From Bdellovibrionota bacterium (GTDB lineage: Bacteria > Bdellovibrionota_C > UBA2361 > JBGSMV01), in the NCBI GenBank assembly GCA_041739995.1, contig JBGSMV010000023.1, positions 1 to 42,574 on the forward strand: a stretch of 42,574 nt of DNA, read 5' to 3'. Under the pieces are notes generated by a model that made no database searches, had not been told where the DNA came from, and saw only the letters and a list, made by a program, of their open reading frames with translations. This document shows, piece by piece, positions 1-9,033 of this stretch. The stretch's first letter is position 1. Each line of letters begins with the position of its first letter. A program made the translations under genes and the position numbers.

Positions 1-492
1 TCTGTAAATCGGCGTCTTGGGCGGGCAGATTCTTAAAAAAACTGGTGTGTAGATGGCACAACTGAGGTGCTTGGAGCTTTGGAGGGGTCCGGCAGGTGGT
101 GCAGCGCGGGGGGCAGCACATCGTCACTGAGAGAAAGGCGACTGAATTCAGGGGAATAGACTGGTGTTATGAATTAAAGTCGTTAATTGGCGGGCTCGAG
201 CCATAACTAGTTCGAAGTTCAGCGCTTTTGCTCAATTATAAGGGGCGGTGCTGTAGGCAATGCTTGACTCAAGGGGCGATTACCCTTTGAATTGGGACCG
301 AACTGGCTGAACACATTACAAGTGTTCGCTTAGATACTATTAGAGCGTGTCGTTATGAGAGCCGTTCCAGACTAGGAACTGCTCTGATTTCTGAGTACGT
401 GAGTATCCTCTCAAACGGCTGTAGACTGCCGTCCGCTAGGAACGACTCGAAGGGAAAGGGAGATATATTGTATGCGACGCCTTGGTGATTCT

Positions 493-2016
493 ATGGGTAA
501 GTCTCTTTGTATTTCATCTCTTCTCACCGCCTTCGTACTTGTACCGGGCATGGTCGGCGCACAGACCTTTAAAGGTGTCGCCTCTCCTGGTGCGGGAGTG
601 TCCGCCAAAGCTCTTCCAGTGCTGCCACTTACGAAAGCACGACGTGGGACCTCTCTCACCGTAAGAAGTACTCCAATGACCGATCGCGAGGGGAATCCAA
701 TTGGAAACCGCCAGCAGATACTCGTTTCCGCTCCTCCGCGTGGCATGAATCTTACTAAGAAACTACTGGCACCAAAATTCACCGACGCGTTCAAGCTCAC
801 TCCGGACATCACTCCTTTCGATCCTCGCGGCGGTGGTGCTGAAAATTTCCTTGGCTGTACCGGCACCGCAGAAGTAACGGTACTCGCAAATGAAATCACC
901 TTTGGCGCTGGAGGCCCACAAGTACCAACCCGCGTGAAATACCAGATTGGCGAAAATCCTCCAGTTACTCTCTTCAACGGAGAGAATGCTTCTCAGCACA
1001 TCGCTATTCCTGAACAAATCACTCTTCAACCAGGCGAAGAAATCTATCTCTGGGGACACAGCGCCTATCCAGACTTTAACGATCCGTATCAGCTCGATAT
1101 CGAAAAGAGCAGCGCCGATCCGCAGATGGCAGCGATCCTGTCGAACGGCGAAATGCTCGTCGAAATGATGTCCCTAAAAGGCGCCGCAACTATTCCGTTC
1201 GGCATGCAGCAGAGTCTTGAAGCGATCCTTGGCGGCGCCGGCATGATGAATAACGGCATGATTCAGCTTGATGAAGATGAAATGATCATCCTCTTTGAAT
1301 TGGGCGCAACAAACTCCAGTAGTCCCGCGTTCGACTTCAACGACCTAGTCCTACACGTCAGGACGCAGTGTCCGAATAATACTGAAGTTGTGCTGAGAGA
1401 TAGCATTGGGCCGGATAACGCGATGACCCATCGGGGGTTCGTATTTCCAACATCTTCTGCTGGCTCCGGTTTCCAGTTTACTCCGATTTCGCTGAACGTC
1501 AGCGCGGCTATTCAATTGCGTCGGCTTGACCTTGTGATAGCTCGAGAAGGTGATGATCCGGTCAATTGGTCCACGTTTGACTACGAAGTCAGAATTTGGA
1601 GCTCTACGGCGCAAATGTTGAGTAATCCACGAACGGGGGATGTCCTTGATTGCTGGTTGCAGCATCCTTCCAATGTCGGAAGCAATGCCAGCGCTCTGCC
1701 GGTCTTTGGTGAAGCTGTAAACTCTGCAATTGGGACAGTAGCTTCGCACCTAGCCGAGTTTGACTTATCAGCATGCCCTAACGTGATTCTGCAGCCTGGG
1801 CCAAATTACCAAATCGCCGTACAGCCTCATAAGGTATCGGGTAATGGTAGCGATGGAATCCTTGGTATCGTCGATTCGAGCCATATGCCTTCGATTGGCT
1901 CTGAATGGTTACATTACAACTCGTTGCCGCCACCCGAGTACCGGATTCTGATGCAAGCTATCGTCCCCCTCGTAAATGGCAGGGTTCCTATGAGGGTGAT
2001 AGGAATCCAGCCGTAA
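493..2016 (+). CDS. Secreted hypothetical protein, apparently two-domain, with a DUF4114-like 'FE...DFNDLV' motif
   Basis: Long ORF (472..2016 in track). ATG at 493 gives a signal-peptide-like N-terminus (MGKSLCISSLLTAFVLVPGMVGA|Q). The motif ILFELGATNSSSPAFDFNDLVLHV resembles DUF4114-type extracellular beta domains. Function unknown. Confidence 0.6.
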   Translation: MGKSLCISSLLTAFVLVPGMVGAQTFKGVASPGAGVSAKALPVLPLTKARRGTSLTVRSTPMTDREGNPIGNRQQILVSAPPRGMNLTKKLLAPKFTDAFKLTPDITPFDPRGGGAENFLGCTGTAEVTVLANEITFGAGGPQVPTRVKYQIGENPPVTLFNGENASQHIAIPEQITLQPGEEIYLWGHSAYPDFNDPYQLDIEKSSADPQMAAILSNGEMLVEMMSLKGAATIPFGMQQSLEAILGGAGMMNNGMIQLDEDEMIILFELGATNSSSPAFDFNDLVLHVRTQCPNNTEVVLRDSIGPDNAMTHRGFVFPTSSAGSGFQFTPISLNVSAAIQLRRLDLVIAREGDDPVNWSTFDYEVRIWSSTAQMLSNPRTGDVLDCWLQHPSNVGSNASALPVFGEAVNSAIGTVASHLAEFDLSACPNVILQPGPNYQIAVQPHKVSGNGSDGILGIVDSSHMPSIGSEWLHYNSLPPPEYRILMQAIVPLVNGRVPMRVIGIQP

Positions 2017-2029
2017 TCGTCCGGACCAA

Positions 2030-2347
2030 TCAGAAGAGGGGCGGCGCGAAGAATGCATGATAGCAGCCCGCACCATGCATTCCTCCACGCCAATCAAGGT
2101 TATTGTAGTTTTGCGGCGTGAATACCTGCTCCGACCCCAACTTCACCCCAAAGATTCTCTCACACGCCACCTGCTTAATCGCCAAAGTATAGAGCGTCAG
2201 CACTCCGACAAACGTAATCATTAAGAGCCCAACCAAGAGCACATGCTCAACGATAGCGGCCCCGCGTTGCGCATCACGGCCAACACCGCTCTGAGAATTC
2301 TCAGTTCGACTGCGCTTAGGCCGCACCACACGAAAAAACCTACTCAT
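2030..2347 (-). CDS. Flp/TadE-like type IVb pilin or pseudopilin
   Basis: Basic leader, then QRG|AAIVEH (class III signal, Glu at +5) and a hydrophobic helix VLLVGLLMITFVGVLTLY. ATG at 2347 overlaps the upstream TGA (TGATG coupling). Confidence 0.7.
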   Translation of the reverse strand: MSRFFRVVRPKRSRTENSQSGVGRDAQRGAAIVEHVLLVGLLMITFVGVLTLYTLAIKQVACERIFGVKLGSEQVFTPQNYNNLDWRGGMHGAGCYHAFFAPPLF

Positions 2348-3387
2348 CACCACCTCACCGCAATCTGTAATCCAGCCGCAGGATCAATCTTTGAACTTAC
2401 AAATCGAAGCGGCGTGTCCGTCGTACCCTTCGCTGTCCACGCATCACGATAGATAACTTGCACCGATGCCGGCTCATCAGGCGAAGAAGGCGCTTGTGGC
2501 TCAAGACTATAGGCTCGCGCCATTAGTTCTGGCGCTAAAGAAGCGTCGCCTGCATCGCGTAAATCTACTGAAAGATCAAACTCAGAGACCGGAAGTCCAA
2601 GTGGCTGAAACGGAGTAAAGTAAAAGTAGCGTCGCGCATCGTCTTTTGGTTGCAGAATAGCTCCACGCACAACGTAATCTAACCGATACACATACACGCC
2701 AGACTTTAGCGGATCGCCTACTTTCCCCAGCGCAATCGCAGTTCCCGTCGGTTGCTTCTCTACGGTAGTGGCAAATTTCACAGGCACCGGAAGATTAAAG
2801 CGCTCATTCGAATCAACAAGCGGCTCCCAACGCTCAACTACTTCAAGTGGAAGCGCACGGCGCGAGGCTTCGAGAATTTCAAAGCTAAGTCCTGGGCCCA
2901 ATCCAAAAGAACCATCTTCACGCTGCATCGGTTCTGCGGAATGGAAGAAGCGCTTAAAGCCGTGCTGCATTTGATTGCCGAACACTCCCACTAAGAACTC
3001 TTCTCGAACTCTAAGTATTAGCGATTCGGAACCTGTGCCTGCGCGGTTAGAGACTTCGCGATCTGGCACTACCTGTATCAGTGAATGCACACGCATGAAC
3101 TCTGTGCGCTGGGCAGAAATCAGTCGCGCCACACGCGCATCAAGTGGTTGAGAAAAAGGAACGGGTACAAGCACCTGCCGTTCCTCTGGGGTACCACTAA
3201 GCCACGCCATGGTGCTCGGAAAGGCGAGTGACAACACGAGGCCACTGAGGAGTAGCGATCCAACTACCGTAAATGCTACCGCGCGAAGCCGTTTAAGAGA
3301 GAACTGAGCGAGGAAATCCCAGCGATGTGCAGACATCGCGCGGACGCATACCGGAGAGAATGGTTTGTTCGCGTCGTTCTTCCCCAT
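2347..3387 (-). CDS. Membrane-anchored protein with a DUF2207 N-terminal-like domain
   Basis: 346 aa ORF with one N-terminal TM helix. Segments 'VREEFLVGVFGNQMQHGFKRFF' and 'VGDPLKSGVYVYRLDYVVRGAI..RRYFYF' resemble the soluble domain of DUF2207 proteins. No C-terminal TM bundle. Confidence 0.5.
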   Translation of the reverse strand: MGKNDANKPFSPVCVRAMSAHRWDFLAQFSLKRLRAVAFTVVGSLLLSGLVLSLAFPSTMAWLSGTPEERQVLVPVPFSQPLDARVARLISAQRTEFMRVHSLIQVVPDREVSNRAGTGSESLILRVREEFLVGVFGNQMQHGFKRFFHSAEPMQREDGSFGLGPGLSFEILEASRRALPLEVVERWEPLVDSNERFNLPVPVKFATTVEKQPTGTAIALGKVGDPLKSGVYVYRLDYVVRGAILQPKDDARRYFYFTPFQPLGLPVSEFDLSVDLRDAGDASLAPELMARAYSLEPQAPSSPDEPASVQVIYRDAWTAKGTTDTPLRFVSSKIDPAAGLQIAVRW

Positions 3388-3731
3388 TTGCCTAATTCAC
3401 CAGCGAAACATCGACAGACCAATACCAACGGCCCAAGACCAACGACATTGCGTCACCGGATCACTGCACCACATGAGCGGGCTGCTTCACCTGCCCAGAT
3501 CGGCCGAAATTGCGAAAAGCTTAAGAGTTTGATGGGGTTAATAGATGGAGAGGGTGATCGAGAGCGGCCTCGGGTGGGTTGGTGTTGCGGGCTAAGGCAC
3601 TGAATTCTTTCTAGGAATGAATTCGTTAGATGGGGCGGAGTAGCTGGAGGGGAACAACCAAGGGATTTGCACCAAATAAGGGGGAGTTCCAGGTGCAATT
3701 TATCTGTCCCCTCACCCCCTCACCCCATTGC

Positions 3732-3846
3732 CTCAGGGACATTGGGGTGCACCTAACTCTTTGATATTACTAAAATGATTGCCGAAGGTTGATCGAGCAA
3801 TATGCGTACAAGGGATGCTTCTTCACTCCACCCCAATGTCCCTGAG
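3732..3846. mobile_element. MITE/REP-like element with perfect 18-bp terminal inverted repeats
   Basis: CTCAGGGACATTGGGGTG (3732-3749) and its exact reverse complement CACCCCAATGTCCCTGAG (3829-3846) enclose a 79-bp AT-richer spacer with no ORF. Confidence 0.55.
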
Positions 3847-3930
3847 ACGACGGGACGGGGTAGTTGGTCCAATAGAATGGTCCCGATAAATGTGCCGTGG
3901 ACTGCGTAGGCAGGACAATGACGGTCTTAT

Positions 3931-4344
3931 CTATCTATGGAACTCACCCGCTCGTTCAGGTTGATACTCAACTTTAATTATTTGAACTGACAACAGCCCT
4001 CCGCCGGGTTTGGGCCAGTCCATTTGATCGCCTTCGGTAAGTCCAAGCAGAGCACTCCCGACTGGAGCAAGAACGGAGACGGTGGTCTCACCCTCCGTGC
4101 TATCCTCTGGGTAGACGAGCGTTAGAGAAAACTCTTTACCGGTCGATTCTGTTCTAAATGTAACGGTCGAATTCATTGTGACCAAACTCGGTGGAATATC
4201 TGCCGGCGCAACAATATCCGCGCGATCTAGTTCTTCAAGGAGTTTTTCTTTCACTGAAAACTCCTCGCTTCCTAATGCGTTAATCATCTTCTCAAGCCGC
4301 TCGGCATCAAGGGAAGAAATAGTAATATTCGGTTTTTCATTCAT
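3931..4344 (-). CDS. rnk: Nucleoside diphosphate kinase regulator Rnk (GreA/GreB C-terminal family)
   Basis: MNEKPNITISSLDAERLE...EELDRADIV...VTMNSTV...LTLVYP...SVLAPVGSALLGL..G...WPKPGG...YQPERAG matches Rnk. Start chosen at ATG 4344. Confidence 0.92.
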   Translation of the reverse strand: MNEKPNITISSLDAERLEKMINALGSEEFSVKEKLLEELDRADIVAPADIPPSLVTMNSTVTFRTESTGKEFSLTLVYPEDSTEGETTVSVLAPVGSALLGLTEGDQMDWPKPGGGLLSVQIIKVEYQPERAGEFHR

Positions 4345-4383
4345 GGAGCACATCACTGTAGGATAGGTCTAAACTTTTATTTC

Positions 4384-4398
4384 TGGGGACTGTCCCCA
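4384..4398. repeat. Palindrome TGGGGACTGTCCCCA (REP-like or operator)
   Basis: 7-bp perfect arms around one base, 40 bp upstream of rnk. A related half-site (ATCTGTCCCC) lies at 3702-3711. Confidence 0.45.
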
Positions 4399-4490
4399 TT
4401 GAGAAGTTCGCCTCGTTTAACATGCCGATAGGCACTAGCTCGAGATTGTAAGCTAAGTCCGCCAAATGGGAAAATCTTCCCGCCAGCCCA

Positions 4491-5897
4491 TCAAAACTTC
4501 GCAAACCCAGGGAATCGAGGAAAAGGCGTCACATCTCGAATATTCTGCATGTCGGTCACGTACATGAGAAAGCGCTCGAATCCGAGCCCAAAGCCTGCAT
4601 GCGGAACAGTGCCGTAACGACGAAGATCTAGGTACCACCAGTAATTATCAACTGGCAGGCCGGCGGCCTCCATCTTGGCTTTCAGCACATCGTGTCTTTC
4701 TTCGCGCTGAGAACCGCCAATTATTTCTCCGAGTCGCGGCACCAGCATGTCCATTGCGCGCACGGTCTTATCATCCTCATTGAGGCGCATGTAAAAGGCT
4801 TTTATTTCCTTCGGGTAATTGACGACGAAAAGCGGGCCCTTTACATGTTCATCAGTCAGATAACGCTCGTGCTCAGTTTGAAGATCCATGCCCCAGTGCA
4901 CAGGGAATTCAAACTTCTTCGGCGCCTTTTCTAAAATACTGATCGCCTCGGTGTAATCGATGGTTTCACACGGAGTGGTGGTCACTCGAGTGAGAGCCTC
5001 AATAAGATCCGGCGACGCGCCTTCGCGCTTGGCAAAGAACTCCATCTCTTCTGGGCAACGCTCAAGAATATCTTTTATTAGATAACAGATGAACTCGCGG
5101 GCCAGCTCCATGTTGTCTTTGAGTTCATAGAAGGCCATCTCCGGCTCAATCATCCAAAACTCGGAGAGATGTCGCGTGGTATTGGAATTCTCTGCACGAA
5201 ACGTCGGTCCGAAAGTGTAGATGTGAGACATTGCAGTCGCGAAAATCTCACCTTCCAGTTGTCCTGACACGGTGAGACTAGTTTCTGCTTTAAAGAAATC
5301 TTGATCGAAATCAATCTTGCCTTCGGCAACCGGAACTTTATGTAAATCGAGTGTGGTCACTCGAAACATCTTTCCCGCGCCTTCACAATCAGAAGCCGTC
5401 ACAATCGGTGTATGAACGTAATAAAATCCGCGCTCTTCAAAAAAACGATGCACCGCTTGAGCCACCGCGGACCGGACTCGAAAAACCGCACCGAAGGTAT
5501 TGGTGCGCGGACGCAGGTGCAGGTTTTCTCTTAAGAACTCTAGTGAGTGGCCTTTTTTCTGAAGCGGGTAATGCTCTGGGTCTGCTTCGCCCACTAACTC
5601 AATCTCTTTAACCTGCATCTCAAAGCTCTGGCCCTTGGCCGGCGAAGGCACCAAAGTTCCGTTCACTTTGATAGAAGCTCCGGTCGCAATTCGCGCGGCG
5701 ATTTCCCCATAGCCTGCCAGGCCGGGGTCAATAACCAGTTGCAAGCCGCGCATGGCGGTCCCATCAAAAAGATCGATAAAAGAGACTCTTTTGGACTGGC
5801 GGTGCGTCCGCACCCACCCACGCAGCGACACAGGCCCCTCTTGGACCTTGCCGTCATGAATGCTTTTGATCGACCCAACCAACGAATACTGCTCCAC
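4491..5897 (-). CDS. asnS: Asparagine--tRNA ligase
   Basis: OB-fold 'LRGWVRTHR', HLRPRTN, 'LTVSGQLEGE', motif 2 'YTFGPTFRAENSNTTRHLSEFWMIEPE', motif 3 'PHAGFGLGFER'. GTG at 5897 has GGAGG 5 nt upstream (track start 5909). Confidence 0.98.
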   Translation of the reverse strand: MEQYSLVGSIKSIHDGKVQEGPVSLRGWVRTHRQSKRVSFIDLFDGTAMRGLQLVIDPGLAGYGEIAARIATGASIKVNGTLVPSPAKGQSFEMQVKEIELVGEADPEHYPLQKKGHSLEFLRENLHLRPRTNTFGAVFRVRSAVAQAVHRFFEERGFYYVHTPIVTASDCEGAGKMFRVTTLDLHKVPVAEGKIDFDQDFFKAETSLTVSGQLEGEIFATAMSHIYTFGPTFRAENSNTTRHLSEFWMIEPEMAFYELKDNMELAREFICYLIKDILERCPEEMEFFAKREGASPDLIEALTRVTTTPCETIDYTEAISILEKAPKKFEFPVHWGMDLQTEHERYLTDEHVKGPLFVVNYPKEIKAFYMRLNEDDKTVRAMDMLVPRLGEIIGGSQREERHDVLKAKMEAAGLPVDNYWWYLDLRRYGTVPHAGFGLGFERFLMYVTDMQNIRDVTPFPRFPGFAKF

Positions 5898-6002
5898 AGG
5901 AACCTCCAAACTTTATCCCCCACTTCCCGACAACTTCTGTACGGTAGCGGCGCTGTGAGCTTGATTCAAGCCGCTTCAGAGACTAGTCTCTCCCTTCTTC
6001 AA

Positions 6003-6077
6003 CGGGGCGTAGCTCAGCCTGGCTAGAGCACTTGGTTTGGGACCAAGGGGTCGGAGGTTCAAATCCTCTCGCCCCGA
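6003..6077 (+). tRNA. tRNA-Pro (anticodon TGG), CCA not encoded
   Basis: Acceptor stem CGGGGCG/CGCCCCG, D-arm GCTCAGCCTGGCTAGAGC, anticodon stem CTTGG-TT(TGG)GA-CCAAG, T-arm GGAGG-TTCAAAT-CCTCT. Confidence 0.97.
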
Positions 6078-6545
6078 TTTTTGAAGAAGATGATTTTTGA
6101 AGAAGACCTCTCAGAACGCTTTTCTGGGCGCAGGATTGTCGAATTACTGCGAATCTTTAAGCGGTTTTTTGAAAATTCCGCCGAACTGCTTGTTTCAATA
6201 CCACCGGCAATACCACCGGCAGGGCTGCGTAGCCGTCTAAAACTTCGCTCTGCGGTTCGTTTCAGAGCTCTCCGGCTCATTTCGGAAGCAGCAAGTTCAA
6301 GAGAGTCCACTTCAAAACAACGTATTCTTTCGCCGATTTCCTAGGCTGATTGTTGAATCATCTCTCCCTTCAACTCTATCGTAAGTTTGTGCCAGCGCTG
6401 GAGATCTCTAAATCCCCAGGTTAGCCCTTGTTCCCCCTAAGCAGCCTGGTTCATCATCTACGCTTGGAAAGTGTGGGCCGGGCGGGACCCCCGCTCATGG
6501 AAAAAGCTCATGGATAACTACTTTAGACTGAGAGAGGCGTAACCG

Positions 6546-7412
6546 GTGGCGCGACGCAAGCAACAGCAGCGACTGCTTAAGAAGATTCTACTGATCGGCG
6601 GTGCCCTCGTAGGCGTGCAAGTAGGTCTTATTGTTTATTTCTCCCAAAGTGGTCCCGCTGGGAGCATCAAAGAGGAAATAGCAACACAGGTGAAAGGACT
6701 CTCCGGGCTGACCCCAGAGCGTCGGGAAAAAATGCGGGTACAACTCGCGATCGACGATTTTCGAGCCAGCCAAGGACGTCTTCCAAAGACTCTCTCCGAA
6801 TTGACCCCTACTTATTTCGACTCTATCCCCAAGGACCCGAATACCAACAAGCCCTATAGCTATGCGATAGAGGGGAAAAAATACTCCCTCGGTGAAGGCG
6901 GCGCGCCTCTAGGCAAAGGAGTTGTCGCGGCATCTTCCGACGGGGGTCCGCCCACCGCGGAAGAGCAAGAAGTATTGCTCGCTTCGCTTGATTCTTCAGT
7001 AGATTCTGACCCATTTCTGTACGAGCCCACGGGGAAGCGAGATCCATTTCAACCCGTCGATCTTTCTAAGGGTGGCTCTGAGCAAGATTGTAAGGAGTTC
7101 CCACTGGCATGCTTCGACATCGGACAGCTTCGCTACAGTACTTACCTGCAGTTTGGAGATGACCCGCGAGGAATGGTTGAAGATATAACTGGTGTCGGTC
7201 ACCCCGTTCGCATCGGAACCCGCATCGGGCGCAATGATGGCGAGATCATGGAAATTCTTCCTGACAAGATCACTGTCGTAGAAAAATTAGTCGATGTAAC
7301 CGGGCAAACCAGCACGAGAGCCGTTGCAATGCCACTTTCCTCGAAGATGGAAGAGAATAGAGGCGGTGGTGGACGCGGCCGCGCAACTGGCGCCCAGCAA
7401 CGTCGACGCTAA
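6546..7412 (+). CDS. PilP-domain type IV pilus assembly protein with N-terminal TM anchor and GspG/pilin-like domain
   Basis: C-terminal 'YEPTGKRDPF...PLACFDIGQLR...GMVEDITGVGHPVRIGTRIGRNDGEIMEI....ITVVE' is typical PilP. Residues ~63-116 'LAIDDFRASQGRLPKTLSEL.PTY...IPKDPNTNKPYSY' resemble pseudopilin GspG globular domains. Confidence 0.8.
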   Translation: MARRKQQQRLLKKILLIGGALVGVQVGLIVYFSQSGPAGSIKEEIATQVKGLSGLTPERREKMRVQLAIDDFRASQGRLPKTLSELTPTYFDSIPKDPNTNKPYSYAIEGKKYSLGEGGAPLGKGVVAASSDGGPPTAEEQEVLLASLDSSVDSDPFLYEPTGKRDPFQPVDLSKGGSEQDCKEFPLACFDIGQLRYSTYLQFGDDPRGMVEDITGVGHPVRIGTRIGRNDGEIMEILPDKITVVEKLVDVTGQTSTRAVAMPLSSKMEENRGGGGRGRATGAQQRRR

Positions 7413-7443
7413 AGAAAAACGCGGTTCCCCTTACTTGTTCGCA

Positions 7444-9033
7444 TCAAACCGCAATTTTCTCCGTATATTCACTTCCGGCGTACTGCTTAAGAACGGAGAG
7501 CGCTCGGTATTGTAACGCTTCGGCAACGTGCGCGGGGGATACTCGCTCGACACCTTCTATGTCAGCGATCGTCGCACTGACCCGCATACTGCGCACCACG
7601 CCACGCGCACTGAGCTGCAAGCGCTCACTTCCGCGCTCAAGAAGCGTGAGAGCAGAACTCTCAAAGCGATTCTGCCGTTGAAGTTCTTGACCCTGTAACT
7701 CAGTGTTGAGCTTTCCTTGTCTAGAGTACTGACGCTCCCGAGCTTGTTGGACCATTGCCGCAAGGCGCTCTTGGCTCAAATCGTCGCTCTTTCCCTGTTC
7801 CACAGGCTGCTCGGCATTCACGTGGAAAAGTTCACCAGTAGCAACCGCTTGCAGCTCCACCTGAAGATCAATGCGATCTAATATTGGCTGAGAGGTTTTC
7901 TTTAAGTAGCTCTCGATTGAAGTTCGCGAACACATACAGCTTTTGCTCTTTGAGTCATCTCTTGAAATCCCGAGGCGACCACAAGGACAAGGATTCATGG
8001 CAGCAATAAGCTGAAATTTAGCGGGCAGTGTCACCTGCCCACGCGCGCGGGAAAGCGTGATTATGCCGCTCTCAAGAGGGCCGCGCAGCGCTTCCAGCGC
8101 AGCGCGCCTAAACTCTGGAAGCTCATCGAGAAACAAGACACCACGATGCGCAAGTGACACCTCACCCGGTCGCGGCAGGGTGCCACCGCCAACGAGTCCA
8201 GCCTCCGAAATACTGTGGTGTGGACTGCGAAATGGGCGCACTCCCGTGAGAATACGATCTAGCGACAATCCGGCAGCGCTATAGTTTCGCGCCGCCTCCA
8301 GGAGTTCTGCCTCTTTCATCGTCGGAAAAAGCAGGGGGAAGCGCTCCGCCAGCATGCTCTTACCGCACCCAGGCGGACCGACCATCAGCATGTGGTGACC
8401 TCCCGCAGCAGCAACCAACAACGCCCGTTTGGCCACTTGTTGTCCTCGCACTTGTTCGAATGTTTTCTCACTCGGCGCTACGGCAGCGGTCTTTCCCCGC
8501 GGTTCAGGTCGATAGTCAGATGCGAGTCCTTCACGTAGCCAGCGAACCACGTCCCTTAGATGCCGAAAGCCCAGCACCCGAAGTCCCGGCACAAGCGCTG
8601 CTTCATGTTGGCTTTGAAACGGCACCACTATCGCTCGCGCATTCCTTTGTCGCGACAAGATCGCGCACGAAAGACAACCGCGTACAGATTTTAGAGATCC
8701 GTCCAGTGCAAGTTCTCCTTGAAAAACCACCCCAGTAGTTGCGCCATTGGGCGTTAATCTCATCGCGGCGAGAATGCCCACCGCAATCGCCAAGTCAAAA
8801 CCAGAGCCCTCTTTCTTGAGCTCAGCCGGCGATAGATTAACCAACACCTGCCCTTCCAGTGCCACTCCCACATGCGTCAATGCCGCCGCCACCCGATCTC
8901 TTGCCTCTCGTACCGCGGTATCCGCCAAGCCAATGATGGAGAATAGGTCCTTGCCCGGTCGAATACGGACCTGCACCTCAACCTCTGAGGACTCAATTCC
9001 AAGTAGTGCTCCTGTCAGAATCTTCGCTACCAT
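7444..9033 (-). CDS. comM: YifB/ComM family Mg-chelatase-like AAA+ ATPase
   Basis: 'IIGLADTAVREARDRV', 'VNLSPAELKKEGSGFDLAIA', Walker A GPPGCGKS, 'PFRSPHHS', 'LAHRGVLFLDELPEF', 'AAMNPCPCG'. Start taken at MVAKIL (track start 9054). Confidence 0.95.
   Translation of the reverse strand: MVAKILTGALLGIESSEVEVQVRIRPGKDLFSIIGLADTAVREARDRVAAALTHVGVALEGQVLVNLSPAELKKEGSGFDLAIAVGILAAMRLTPNGATTGVVFQGELALDGSLKSVRGCLSCAILSRQRNARAIVVPFQSQHEAALVPGLRVLGFRHLRDVVRWLREGLASDYRPEPRGKTAAVAPSEKTFEQVRGQQVAKRALLVAAAGGHHMLMVGPPGCGKSMLAERFPLLFPTMKEAELLEAARNYSAAGLSLDRILTGVRPFRSPHHSISEAGLVGGGTLPRPGEVSLAHRGVLFLDELPEFRRAALEALRGPLESGIITLSRARGQVTLPAKFQLIAAMNPCPCGRLGISRDDSKSKSCMCSRTSIESYLKKTSQPILDRIDLQVELQAVATGELFHVNAEQPVEQGKSDDLSQERLAAMVQQARERQYSRQGKLNTELQGQELQRQNRFESSALTLLERGSERLQLSARGVVRSMRVSATIADIEGVERVSPAHVAEALQYRALSVLKQYAGSEYTEKIAV

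Noticed and set aside
200..312. Structured RNA upstream of the first gene (AAGGGGCG repeat, GTTCAGC/GCTGAAC pairing)
   Set aside because: Pairings are short and could arise by chance; no known riboswitch consensus matched.
411..977. 188 aa minus-strand ORF and the many other short overlapping ORFs in the track
   Set aside because: Antisense or frame shadows of well-supported genes, with no independent motifs.
3600..3930. Integron attC site downstream of rnk
   Set aside because: Isolated ACCTAAC and GTTAGAT heptamers exist but do not form a correctly oriented, correctly spaced complementary pair; no integrase.
6003..6545. Genomic island integrated at tRNA-Pro
   Set aside because: No integrase follows the tRNA, and I found no second copy of the tRNA 3' end in the window.
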